From Bacillota bacterium (GTDB taxonomy: Bacteria; Bacillota; Clostridia; Oscillospirales; Oscillospiraceae), in the NCBI GenBank assembly GCA_021199635.1, contig JAJQHS010000030.1:27898-91897 (forward strand): a DNA stretch of 64,000 nucleotides, given 5' to 3'. The position numbers were made by a program, and so were the translations under genes. How positions within the stretch are numbered: position 1 is the stretch's first letter; the number at the start of each line of letters is the position of its first letter. Below, piece by piece: positions 1-8,830 of this stretch. The notes beneath the pieces are model-generated. The model did not search any database. It had not been told where the DNA came from and saw only the letters and a program-made list of their open reading frames with translations.

Positions 1-498
1 CTGAAGGACGGGCGCCTGATCCAGACCCCCGTCCGGGAGATCGAGGCGCTGTGGGGGCGGAAGGTGTCCTACTCCGGCGTGCGTATCCACGAGGAGACCA
101 CCCTGCAGGGGGTCTACGGCAGGACGATCGACCTGACCGTGAACATCCGCCCCCAGGGGGAGGACAGCTACAGCCTGTTCCGCATCAAGTTTGCCCTGGG
201 CAGCCAGCATTACACATCCATTTCCTACCGCCCCCAGGGCTCCGAGGTGCACCTGAACCGGGACCATTCCGGCTACAACCGGGATTACAACCACCGGCGC
301 AAATGCCAGGTGCGGAACCAGGACGGCTGCGTAAAGCTGCGGATCCTGCTGGATCGGTTCAGCGCCGAGATTTTCGTCAACGATGGGGAGCAGGTGCTCA
401 GCAGTGTGCTGTACACGCCCCTGACCGCCGACGGCATCAGCTTCGTGGCCGACGGAAACGCCATTATTGACGTAGAAAAGTACGAAATACTCCTGTAA
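1..498 (+). CDS. Glycoside hydrolase family 32 (sucrose-6-phosphate hydrolase / beta-fructofuranosidase-like), C-terminal part only; 5' end lies outside the window
   Basis: Frame 1 is open from base 1 to the stop at 496-498. The translated tail (DRFSAEIFVNDGEQVLSSVLY...) resembles the C-terminal beta-sandwich of GH32 enzymes. Confidence 0.7.
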   Translation: MKDGRLIQTPVREIEALWGRKVSYSGVRIHEETTLQGVYGRTIDLTVNIRPQGEDSYSLFRIKFALGSQHYTSISYRPQGSEVHLNRDHSGYNRDYNHRRKCQVRNQDGCVKLRILLDRFSAEIFVNDGEQVLSSVLYTPLTADGISFVADGNAIIDVEKYEILL

Positions 499-543
499 AT
501 TCCGGTTCCATTGGGAAAACGGCCACCGTTTTCTCCGATCCAG

Positions 544-575
544 CCAGGGAGGGGCACGCCCCTCCCTGGTTTTTT
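544..575 (+). terminator. Rho-independent terminator after the GH32 gene
   Basis: Perfect 11-bp stem CCAGGGAGGGG/CCCCTCCCTGG, loop CACG, followed by T6. Confidence 0.85.
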
Positions 576-624
576 CCGTTTCGGCGTTTGCAATCACTTC
601 GCCCCCGATCTCTGTAGGAGGTTG

Positions 625-683
625 CCAAAATCCGGCCTGGTCGCTGGCCGTGTGTGGGCACACGGCCCTACGGGGTGGGTGGC
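625..683 (+). repeat. Dispersed intergenic hairpin repeat, copy A (core GGCCGTGTGTGGGCACACGGCC at 646-667)
   Basis: CCAAAATCCGGCC...GCTGGCCGTGTGTGGGCACACGGCCCTACGGGGTGGGTGG. Near-identical sequence recurs at 26327, 44842, 58785 (rc) and 39678 (rc), with a partial copy at 29630. Confidence 0.85.
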
Positions 684-719
684 GGATGCATGCGGCCACC
701 AAATTTGGCCGATGCGGTG

Positions 720-753
720 CAAAAATGTGCTGCCTCCGGGGTGGAGGCAGCAC
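720..753 (-). terminator. Rho-independent terminator after the GH43 gene
   Basis: 11-bp stem GTGCTGCCTCC/GGAGGCAGCAC. On the minus strand it is followed by ATTTTT, 34 nt past the stop at 787. Confidence 0.75.
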
Positions 754-786
754 AAATATTTTTCCGAACGGCACGGATGCGGCCGC

Positions 787-2367
787 TTATTCCGTGGGGA
801 CGGCGGCAATCTGGAAGGTGCAGGCGGCCGTGTCGGAGCCGTCGGTCAGGGTGGCGGCGCCGCCGGACAGCGTCAGGTACATGCCCGGGTAGGTCACGGA
901 TTCAAAGGAAACACCCTCCCCCGCCAGGCCGGTGCAGGTCTGGAAGGTCTGAAGCTCCGCCATGGTGCTGTCGTGGTTCTGGCACAGGACCACCGTGCCA
1001 TCCCCGCAGGTGATGTACAGGCCGGCCTTATTGTACGACTCCAGGGACACATAATATTCGTTCTCCGTGTCCGCCTTGCCGGGGACGATCTCCCACCAGG
1101 TATCCTCCTCAGAGGTCTTCTCCAGGCCGCTGCCCAGGGCGATGTCCGTGTAGGGGTACGCGGTATCGCTGGCGCTGTTATTGAAGGCGGCGTGGGCCAG
1201 AGCGTCGCCGTTCAGGCTGGTGATGGTGGAGTAGGTGCCGCTGACGCCGGTGGCCGTCTCCTGGATGTAGGTGACGGTTCCGTCGCTCTCGAACTCGATC
1301 TGCTCAATGCAGGCCACTCTGCGGTAGCCGCTGCCGCCGTCCAGGGAGCCGTTGTGATAGATCATATAGGTATTGCCCTGGAAATCGAACACGGCGGGGT
1401 GGTTGGTATTGGAGGTGGCGGTGGGATACATGACCTGGTCGCCGTAGATCCAGTCCCCCTCCATCAGGTCGTCACAGGTGCTGTAGGCCAGATATTCCCG
1501 CCAGGAGCTGGCGTAGAAGAGGTAATAGTCGCCGTAATAATTGCCGTTTTCATCCTGCCGGCGGTACAGGTAGGGGCCCTCGGTGTAGACGGAGGGCAGC
1601 TTCTGGCTGACCACATCCGTGCCGAAGGTGACCTGGCCGTCCCCGTCGATATCCTTGACGGAGACCATGTCCTCGTTCAGCTCGCACATGTACAGCTTGG
1701 AGTTGCCCCAGGCCAGGTAGCGGTGCTCCTCGCCGCTGTCGTCCGTTTCGATCCACAGCGTGGGGTCGATGTCGTTCCAGGTGGAAGTCTCGTCCGTGGT
1801 GAACGAGCCCATGATCAGCGCAGAGCCGATGTCCACGAAGGTGCCGGTGGGGCTGTCGGACACGGCGACGCCGATGGACTGCCTGCCGCCGTCCTGGGAG
1901 TTCCAGGAGCAGTAATAGAAGTAGTACATATCCTGGCCGGATTCCGCGTCGTAGTGCCGGGCGACCTGGCCGGCCCAGGCGGAATTGTTGTCCGCCCAGC
2001 TGACGTCCGATGTGGACAGCACCACGCCTTCATAATTCCAGGTGACCAGGTCCGTGGTGGAATAGCACAGGTACTCCGGCATGACATAGGCGTCGGTGGT
2101 GGAGGTGTCGTGCCCGACGTACAGGTACACGGTGTCGTCCACCACCAGGACGGAGGGATCGCCGCCGTAGGCCAGCTCCCCGTCCCCATCAAATCCGGCG
2201 ATGGGGTTGCCGAGCAGGCTCTTGTCAATGCTGATGGGGGTCGCCTCCGCGGCGCCGCCCGTGGTATCGCTGGGCTGGGAGGATTCCGCCGGCGTTCCGC
2301 TGTCGCAGCCGAACAAGGTCAGCGCGACTGCCAGGACCAGAAGCAGGGAAACCCATTTTTTCTTCAT
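787..2367 (-). CDS. Secreted lipoprotein glycoside hydrolase family 43 (arabinofuranosidase/xylosidase-like) with C-terminal AbfB/CBM42-like module
   Basis: 526 aa. Lipoprotein signal MKKKWVSLLLVLAVALTLFGC, GH43-like propeller sequence, and a C-terminal SLESYN...GLYIT / FESV..PGMYLT repeat typical of AbfB-type binding domains. Confidence 0.8.
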   Translation of the reverse strand: MKKKWVSLLLVLAVALTLFGCDSGTPAESSQPSDTTGGAAEATPISIDKSLLGNPIAGFDGDGELAYGGDPSVLVVDDTVYLYVGHDTSTTDAYVMPEYLCYSTTDLVTWNYEGVVLSTSDVSWADNNSAWAGQVARHYDAESGQDMYYFYYCSWNSQDGGRQSIGVAVSDSPTGTFVDIGSALIMGSFTTDETSTWNDIDPTLWIETDDSGEEHRYLAWGNSKLYMCELNEDMVSVKDIDGDGQVTFGTDVVSQKLPSVYTEGPYLYRRQDENGNYYGDYYLFYASSWREYLAYSTCDDLMEGDWIYGDQVMYPTATSNTNHPAVFDFQGNTYMIYHNGSLDGGSGYRRVACIEQIEFESDGTVTYIQETATGVSGTYSTITSLNGDALAHAAFNNSASDTAYPYTDIALGSGLEKTSEEDTWWEIVPGKADTENEYYVSLESYNKAGLYITCGDGTVVLCQNHDSTMAELQTFQTCTGLAGEGVSFESVTYPGMYLTLSGGAATLTDGSDTAACTFQIAAVPTE

Positions 2368-2584
2368 GATAACCGCTCCTTTACGTTCAAATCTGCCGCC
2401 GCCCGGGGAATCTGCGGCCTCTGTGGGGCAATTGTAACATACTTTCCTTTAGGAATCAATCAAATATTATATATTTTTGTAAAAAAGTGAGAAAAAGAAT
2501 CTTGTTTCAGCGTTCTTCCGGTTATTGCCAAATAAAAACAGATGTGCTATAATACCCGCAGTTTTGTGAAGAAGGAGATAAGAA

Positions 2585-4366
2585 ATGATATTCGGCAAAT
2601 ATATCAACCGTTATTATCTGCGGTACGCCTGGCTGCTGCTGATCGGCCTGGCGGCGCTGACCGGCGTGGATTACCTGCAGCTGGAGATCCCGGAGCTGTA
2701 CCAGATGGTGATCAACGGGCTGAATAACGGCGTCGTGGAGAAGGACGGCGTGATGCACACCTTCGACATGGATTTCCTGCTGGATTCCATCTGCATGCCC
2801 ATGGTGAAGATCATCCTGGCCATCGTGTTCTGCCGGTTCACCTGGCGGGTGACCATCTTCGGCGCCGCCATCCGGGTGGAGACCAACCTGCGGGACCAGA
2901 TGTTTGCCCACGCCGAGCAGCTCAGCCGGGAATATTACCAGGTGAACAAGGTGGGCAACCTGATGAGCCTGTTCACCAACGACCTGGACACGGTGCAGGA
3001 GTGCTACGGCTGGGGCTTCATGCAGTTTTTTGACGCGCTGATCCTCGGCTCCCTGGCTGTGAGCAAAATGTGGCGGATGAGCCACCTGCTCACCGTCCTG
3101 TCCCTGATCCCCATGGCGCTGCTGTTCGCCAGCGCCACCATCGTGGGCAAGTACATGACCCGGAAGTGGGAGTACCGGCAGGAGTGCTTCTCCCAGCTGT
3201 CCGACTTCTCCCAGGAGAGCTTCTCCGGCATCGCGGTGATCAAGGCCTTCGTGAAGGAGGCCAAGGAGCTGATGGCATTTGAAAAGCTGAACCGGGAGAA
3301 TGAGGTGGCCAACGTGGACTACACCAAGTCCTCCGTGCTGCTGCGCATCCTGGTGACCACATTCGTGGAAAGCGTCATGTGCATCATCCTGGGCTACGGC
3401 GGCTATCTGGTGTACACCGGCACCTTCAACGCCGGGCAGCTGATGGAGTTCATCGGCTATTTCAACGCCATCATCTGGCCGATCATGGCCATCTCCGAGC
3501 TGATCGACATGACCTCCCGGGGCAAGGCCTCCCTGAAGCGGATCAGCGAGCTGCTGGACGCGCCGGTGGACGTGAAGGACCGGGAGGGCGTCACCGACCT
3601 GGAAAATATCCAGGGCAAGATCGAGTTCCGGCACCTGACCTTCCGCTACCCCGACGGGGAATTTGACTCCCTGCGGGACGTGTCCTTCACCGTCCAGGCC
3701 GGGGAAAATATCGGCCTGGTGGGGAAAACCGGCTCCGGCAAGACCACATTGGTGGACCTGATCCTGCGCACGTACAACGTGCCGGACGGCACCATCTTCA
3801 TCGACGACCAGGACGTGAACAGCGTGTCCATCCGCTCCGTGCGGGACGGCTGCGCCTACGTGCCCCAGGATAACTTCCTGTTCTCCGACACCATCGAGAA
3901 CAACATTTCCTTCGGCATCTCCCAGCGGGACAGCGGCGCTGTGGTGCGGGCGGCGGAGCTGGCGGACGTCCACAGCAATATCCGGGAATTCCAGCATGGC
4001 TACCAGACCGTCCTGGGCGAGCGGGGCGTGACCGTGTCCGGCGGGCAGAAGCAGCGCATCTCCATCGCCCGGGCGCTGATGAAGGATTCCCCCATCCTGA
4101 TCCTGGACGATTCCGTTTCCGCCGTGGACACCCAGACGGAGCGGGCCATCCTGGACAATCTGCGCGCCACCCGGGCGGGCAAGACCACCATCCTCATCGC
4201 CCACCGCATTTCCACCATCGAGCAGATGGATAAAATCCTGTTCATCGAGGATGGCGCCGTGGCCGCCTTCGGCACCCACGAAAACCTGTACGAAACCAAC
4301 CGGGACTACCGCAAGATGGTAGACCTGCAGCGCCTGGAGGAGGAAGGAGGCCAGCACAATGGATGA
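2585..4366 (+). CDS. ABC transporter permease/ATP-binding protein (exporter half-transporter, first of pair)
   Basis: 593 aa. N-terminal 6-TM domain, Walker A GKTGSGKTT, signature VSGGQKQR, Walker B ILILDD. Overlaps the next gene by 8 nt. Confidence 0.92.
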   Translation: MIFGKYINRYYLRYAWLLLIGLAALTGVDYLQLEIPELYQMVINGLNNGVVEKDGVMHTFDMDFLLDSICMPMVKIILAIVFCRFTWRVTIFGAAIRVETNLRDQMFAHAEQLSREYYQVNKVGNLMSLFTNDLDTVQECYGWGFMQFFDALILGSLAVSKMWRMSHLLTVLSLIPMALLFASATIVGKYMTRKWEYRQECFSQLSDFSQESFSGIAVIKAFVKEAKELMAFEKLNRENEVANVDYTKSSVLLRILVTTFVESVMCIILGYGGYLVYTGTFNAGQLMEFIGYFNAIIWPIMAISELIDMTSRGKASLKRISELLDAPVDVKDREGVTDLENIQGKIEFRHLTFRYPDGEFDSLRDVSFTVQAGENIGLVGKTGSGKTTLVDLILRTYNVPDGTIFIDDQDVNSVSIRSVRDGCAYVPQDNFLFSDTIENNISFGISQRDSGAVVRAAELADVHSNIREFQHGYQTVLGERGVTVSGGQKQRISIARALMKDSPILILDDSVSAVDTQTERAILDNLRATRAGKTTILIAHRISTIEQMDKILFIEDGAVAAFGTHENLYETNRDYRKMVDLQRLEEEGGQHNG

Positions 4367-6245
4367 GTATCTTCCGCTTCTGATCCCGGGAGCCGTGATC
4401 GGTGTATTCACCATCCTGTTCCTGGCGGCCTACTTTGTGCTGCGCCAGCGCACGAAGAACGATACCAGCGAGCGCCGCATGACCGACAGCGAGATCATCC
4501 GCCGGCTCCTGCGCTACGCCGCACCTTATAAGAAGCAGTTCGCCCTGATTTTCGCCATCATGCTGGTGTCCATCGTCTATGACGTGGCGTCGCCGCTGAT
4601 CATCGCGGAGATCCAGGGGACCATCAAGGCCAGCTTCGAGCTGAGTCAGCTTTTCTCCCTGGTGGCGCTTTACGGCGGAATGCTGGTGGTTTCCATGGTC
4701 TGCACCTATTTCCAGACCCTGCTCCTGCAGAAAATCGGCCAGAAGATCCTGTCCCAGCTCCGGCTGGACACCTTCACCCACATCGAGAGCCTCTCCCACG
4801 AGCAGCTGAACAATATCCCCGTGGGCAAGCTGGTCACCCGGGTCAGCAACGACCCCAACGCCATCAGCTACCTGTTCACCAACATCCTGGTGACGCTGGT
4901 GAAAAATTCCCTGGTGATCATAGGCGTGCTGATCGCCATGCTGATGCTCAACTATGCCCTGACGCTGATGGTGCTGTGCTTCGTGCCGTTTTTGGTGATC
5001 TTCACCCTGGTATTCCAGAAATTCTCCCGGCACGTCCACCGCAGCGTGAACAACACCCGGACGGACGTGAACACCTTCCTGTCCGAGAACCTTTCCGGCA
5101 TGAAGATCACCCAGATCTTCAACCAGGAGGGCCGGCGGATGTCGGATTTCCTGGTGCGCAGCAAGAAGCTGGAGCGGGCCAAGTTCAGCCGGACCTTCGT
5201 ATTCGGCATTTTCCGCCCAATGGTGTATATGCTGTTCGTCACATCGAACCTGTTCCTGTTCTACATCGGCTGCAAGGGCTATATCCAGGATACCACCTTC
5301 CTGGGGCAGACCATCACCAGTGAGATCGTGGTGGCGTTCTACATGTACATCTCCAAATTCTTCAACCCCATCCAGACCCTGGCGGAGCAATTTGATATGC
5401 TGGAGCAGTCCTTCGCCTCCGCGGAGAAGATTTTCCTGATCATGGACATGGTCCCGGAGATCCAGGACGAGCCGGACGCCATGGACCTGGACGAGATCCA
5501 GGGGGAAATCGAGTTCCGGGACGTGTGGTTCGCCTACAAGCCCGGCGAATGGGTGCTCAAGGGCGTATCGTTCCATGTGCTGCCCAAGCAGACCGTGGCA
5601 TTTGTCGGCGCCACCGGCTCCGGCAAGACCACCATCCTCAGCCTGATCTGCCGGAATTACGACATCCAGAAGGGGCAGATCCTGATCGACGGCATTGACA
5701 TAAAGAAGATCAAGATTGCCTCCCTGCGGCGGCATTTCGGCCAGATGCTCCAGGATGTGTTCCTGTTCTCCGGGGACATCCGCAGCAATATCCTGCTGCG
5801 CATGGAGGGCGTTTCCGACGAGGAGGTCATGGAGGCCTGCCGCTACGTCAACGCCGATACCTTCATCAACCGGCTGGACAACGGCCTGGACGAGGTGGTT
5901 CGGGAGCGGGGCAACAATTTCTCCGCCGGGCAGCGGCAGCTGCTCAGCTTCGCCCGGACGATCATCCATAAGCCTTCGGTGATGATCCTGGACGAGGCCA
6001 CCGCCAATATCGACACGGAGACAGAGGTGCTGATCCAGGACTCCCTGGAGAAGATGAAGAACATCGGCACCATGCTCATCGTCGCCCACCGGCTTTCCAC
6101 CATCCAGCACTCGGACAATATCATCCTGCTGTCCCATGGGCAGATCCTGGAGCAGGGCAGCCACCAGCAGCTGCTCCACCTGAAGGGCCGGTACTACCAG
6201 CTGTACACCCTGCAATACGACAAGCAGCAGCTCCAGCAGAGCTGA
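4359..6245 (+). CDS. ABC transporter permease/ATP-binding protein (exporter half-transporter, second of pair)
   Basis: 628 aa. TM domain plus GATGSGKTT, FSAGQRQL and VMILDEAT motifs; likely heterodimer partner of 2585-4366. Confidence 0.92.
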   Translation: MDEYLPLLIPGAVIGVFTILFLAAYFVLRQRTKNDTSERRMTDSEIIRRLLRYAAPYKKQFALIFAIMLVSIVYDVASPLIIAEIQGTIKASFELSQLFSLVALYGGMLVVSMVCTYFQTLLLQKIGQKILSQLRLDTFTHIESLSHEQLNNIPVGKLVTRVSNDPNAISYLFTNILVTLVKNSLVIIGVLIAMLMLNYALTLMVLCFVPFLVIFTLVFQKFSRHVHRSVNNTRTDVNTFLSENLSGMKITQIFNQEGRRMSDFLVRSKKLERAKFSRTFVFGIFRPMVYMLFVTSNLFLFYIGCKGYIQDTTFLGQTITSEIVVAFYMYISKFFNPIQTLAEQFDMLEQSFASAEKIFLIMDMVPEIQDEPDAMDLDEIQGEIEFRDVWFAYKPGEWVLKGVSFHVLPKQTVAFVGATGSGKTTILSLICRNYDIQKGQILIDGIDIKKIKIASLRRHFGQMLQDVFLFSGDIRSNILLRMEGVSDEEVMEACRYVNADTFINRLDNGLDEVVRERGNNFSAGQRQLLSFARTIIHKPSVMILDEATANIDTETEVLIQDSLEKMKNIGTMLIVAHRLSTIQHSDNIILLSHGQILEQGSHQQLLHLKGRYYQLYTLQYDKQQLQQS

Positions 6246-6261
6246 GCCCGTCACACATACT

Positions 6262-6293
6262 CAGGGAGGGGATTTCCCCTCCCTGATTTTTTT
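6262..6293 (+). terminator. Rho-independent terminator after the ABC pair
   Basis: Stem CAGGGAGGGG/CCCCTCCCTG, loop ATTT, then ATTTTTTT. Confidence 0.85.
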
Positions 6294-6302
6294 CGGCAAA
6301 AG

Positions 6303-6332
6303 CAAAAAAGGGGAGGGCATCCGCCCTCCCCT
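6303..6332 (-). terminator. Rho-independent terminator closing the phage-like cassette
   Basis: Stem AGGGGAGGGC/GCCCTCCCCT, followed on the minus strand by TTTTTTG, 10 nt past the stop at 6342. Confidence 0.8.
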
Positions 6333-6341
6333 GAAATGTCC

Positions 6342-7058
6342 TCAGCCCGCCGTTCGCGCCGCGGCGCGGAACGTGCGGTACTGCCGGGTGCCGTCCCCGT
6401 CCGTCACCCGTTTGCGCTCGGTCAGCACGCAGCCGGTGAAGGTATCCGTCATGCCGTCCCGGGTCAGCACCGCCGTGCAGCTGCCCGAGATCTCCGCAGG
6501 CTCGGTGACGCCGGTGGGGAAATATTCCTCCACCGTGCAGTACCAGTAGGCATTGCTGATGGAGTATACCGGCGCGCCGTCGGAATCCGTCTGGGCGGTG
6601 ATGCTGTCCCGCTCGTCCTGCTCCGCGGTGAAGCCCACCGCGTACTCCAGCGTGTTCCCCGCCAGCGTCACGGTGAAGGTGGACGGCTCCGGCACGGTCA
6701 CCGCCGTCCAGGAATCCGGCAGCGCCTGGCCATAGTACACGGCCAGCACCGGGATGCGGCACATATTCATCTCGCCGTCGAATTCATAGGCCTCCTGGCG
6801 GCACACCGCGCCCGCCTCCGCCAGCACCTGGCAGGCCAGCAGTGCCGTCTTCTCGCAGCGCTCCCCGCTGATGTTATAGGCGGCCACGATGTCCACCCGC
6901 ACGGTGATCTCGCCGGTGCCCTGGTCCATCTGCTGCAGGCTCACCGCCGCCACAGGGGTCTGGATGGCCATCATCCGCTCCGCAGGATACGCCCGCGCGG
7001 CGCGCACACCGCCGTCCTGCAGGGTCTGGATCACCTCATCTACGATGGATAGCCCCAA
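6342..7058 (-). CDS. Phage-cassette protein of unknown function (last gene, in the position of head-tail joining / neck proteins)
   Basis: 238 aa. TTG start preceded by GGGGAGG, overlaps the upstream gene by 19 nt. I recognise no motif; the assignment is by position only. Confidence 0.55.
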   Translation of the reverse strand: MGLSIVDEVIQTLQDGGVRAARAYPAERMMAIQTPVAAVSLQQMDQGTGEITVRVDIVAAYNISGERCEKTALLACQVLAEAGAVCRQEAYEFDGEMNMCRIPVLAVYYGQALPDSWTAVTVPEPSTFTVTLAGNTLEYAVGFTAEQDERDSITAQTDSDGAPVYSISNAYWYCTVEEYFPTGVTEPAEISGSCTAVLTRDGMTDTFTGCVLTERKRVTDGDGTRQYRTFRAAARTAG

Positions 7059-7390
7059 TTGTCTGCCTCCCCTCTGCGTTCACAGATGCCCCAGCACCCC
7101 ACCAGCGTATCCCGGCAGTACACCGGCTCCACCCGGCGGACCGTGTACCAGGTCTCGCCCACATAGAAAATATCCCCCTCCACCAGCAGCGGCTCCGCCG
7201 GGAGCAGCATGGTGTACTGGCTCCAGGGGATCTGCCCCACCGGGGACTGGACGATCTGCATATTCATCCGGCTCAGCGAGCCGGTATGCTGGACGCAGCC
7301 CCGGACGGTGAAATCCCCCGTCACCCGGCGGACGGTGATGGCCGTGCCGTAGCGGGTGAGGATGCTGTCCACCAGCGCCTTCATCCTCAC
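7040..7390 (-). CDS. Phage head closure / head-tail adaptor-like protein
   Basis: 116 aa. Size and position right after the connector gene fit. GTGA overlap with the upstream stop; an alternative ATG lies at 7384. Confidence 0.6.
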   Translation of the reverse strand: MRMKALVDSILTRYGTAITVRRVTGDFTVRGCVQHTGSLSRMNMQIVQSPVGQIPWSQYTMLLPAEPLLVEGDIFYVGETWYTVRRVEPVYCRDTLVGCWGICERRGEADNWGYPS

Positions 7391-7743
7391 ACCCCCATAA
7401 AGGAGAACCCGTCCCGCACATAGGGCAGCATCAGCATCTCCGCCTGGTAGCGCAGGCAGCAGGCCGCCGCGTTGGGGCTGCTGCGCCGGAGGGTCAGGTC
7501 GCCCAGCTGGATCTGCGCCATCTGGCCCACCTCATCCGTGTCCGACAGCGCCGCCAGGGCGTACAGGCTGGCGGCGGCGATGAAATCCGCCTTGCAGTCC
7601 TCCGGCGCGACACCCGGGCGCAGCTTCCGCCGCAGGGCGTTCTCCGATGCCCGGCAAAGCACCTCCAGCAGCGCGGTTTTCTCCTCCTCCAGGTCCTGGG
7701 CCAGCACCAGCGCCTGGGCGTAAATCTGCTCCGTCAGCGTCAT
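7387..7743 (-). CDS. Phage head-tail connector (gp6-like DNA-packaging/connector protein)
   Basis: 118 aa helical protein directly downstream of the capsid gene, with an ATGA stop/start overlap at 7740-7743. Confidence 0.6.
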   Translation of the reverse strand: MTLTEQIYAQALVLAQDLEEEKTALLEVLCRASENALRRKLRPGVAPEDCKADFIAAASLYALAALSDTDEVGQMAQIQLGDLTLRRSSPNAAACCLRYQAEMLMLPYVRDGFSFMGV

Positions 7744-8765
7744 ACGTTCAGGACCGCGGCGGCGCCGTCGCAGATTTTGCCGAATCCGGCGATGGCGGTG
7801 ATGGCGGCGCGCTCCAGCTGCCGGTCGATGAGCTTGTCATACTCCACCAGCACGTCCCCGGCGCGCACCTGCTCCAGCGCGTAGCGGCTGTCCAGGCCGA
7901 TGATGACCCCGTCGGCCACGGCGCTGGTGCGGTGCAGATGGGCGCCCAGGGGGGTGGTCAGCTTGCCGGTGCCCTGGAAATTCAGCCCGGTCAGGGGGTT
8001 CTGCAGCTCGGGGATCTTCAGCATCTGCGTCATGGTGGCGGTGGAGCAGAGCAGGGTATTCATGGTGTACGGGTCAAACTGCCCCCAGAATTCCACCATC
8101 TGGCCATATTCCAGGGTCCCCACGGTGCCGGAGATGGGGCTGGTGCCCACGGTGTACTGCACGGCGGCATTCTCGTTGCCGTCGCCGCTGATCAGCACAT
8201 TCACCGCGTCCGCCAGCTGTTGCTTCTGGATATACGCGCCGATCTGCCGGAGCATCACGCCGAACAGGTCCAGCTTCTGGAAGCGCAGCGCCTCGTAGCT
8301 TGCCACCAGCATCCTGCCACGCTTGCTCAGGGAGATCAGGTGCTCCTTGGTGGACACTTCGGTGGTGGGGATCTCCTCGCCCTCCGCCACGTCCTGCAGC
8401 GCCTTGTCCGCGTCCGTGGGGTTGGAGTAGATGGAGCGGTAGTCCAGGGAGTCGATCACCGTGGTGGTAGCGGTGATGGCGGGCAGGATATCGTTTTCCT
8501 CCATGCCCTGGCGGACGGAGCGGGCGATGTACTCCGGGAACAGCACCGCCGAATCCATGGTGCGGAAAAATTTCTCCACAGGGGAGGAGCCGGCGCCCTT
8601 CACCCGGATGCCGAAGCGCTTCAGCTGCCGCTGGAACGCGTCCGTGCCCTCCAGCGCCGTGCCCCGGTAGTTCTCGCTGGGGTCCAGGGATTCCAGCACC
8701 TGGGTGAAGCTCATGCCGGACTGGCGATACATGCCCTTTTCCAGTTTCAGATTGTCGTAGCCCAT
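7740..8765 (-). CDS. Phage major capsid protein (HK97-fold family)
   Basis: 341 aa. Length, position after the protease gene and overall sequence resemble HK97-type major capsid proteins. Confidence 0.8.
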   Translation of the reverse strand: MGYDNLKLEKGMYRQSGMSFTQVLESLDPSENYRGTALEGTDAFQRQLKRFGIRVKGAGSSPVEKFFRTMDSAVLFPEYIARSVRQGMEENDILPAITATTTVIDSLDYRSIYSNPTDADKALQDVAEGEEIPTTEVSTKEHLISLSKRGRMLVASYEALRFQKLDLFGVMLRQIGAYIQKQQLADAVNVLISGDGNENAAVQYTVGTSPISGTVGTLEYGQMVEFWGQFDPYTMNTLLCSTATMTQMLKIPELQNPLTGLNFQGTGKLTTPLGAHLHRTSAVADGVIIGLDSRYALEQVRAGDVLVEYDKLIDRQLERAAITAIAGFGKICDGAAAVLNV

Positions 8766-8830
8766 TTTTGTTTCCTCCTAGATTGAATAATTATGGCTTC
8801 CGGGGTTTTCCCGGCAAAACCTGAGAACGA

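Noticed and set aside
511-2490. 659-aa plus-strand ORF, plus several nested ORFs (650-892, 654-1013, 1550-1756, 1815-2228)
   Set aside because: It is antisense to the well-supported GH43 gene. The translation is low-complexity and rich in G, A, V and H, with no start context. This is a typical shadow ORF of high-GC DNA, and its 5' part merely reads through the terminator and repeat copy A.
2522-6254. 630-aa and 670-aa minus-strand ORFs (2522-4414, 4242-6254)
   Set aside because: They are antisense to the two ABC transporter genes, which carry all canonical motifs. The composition is monotonous (G, H, L, Q, V, D) and no RBS is present.
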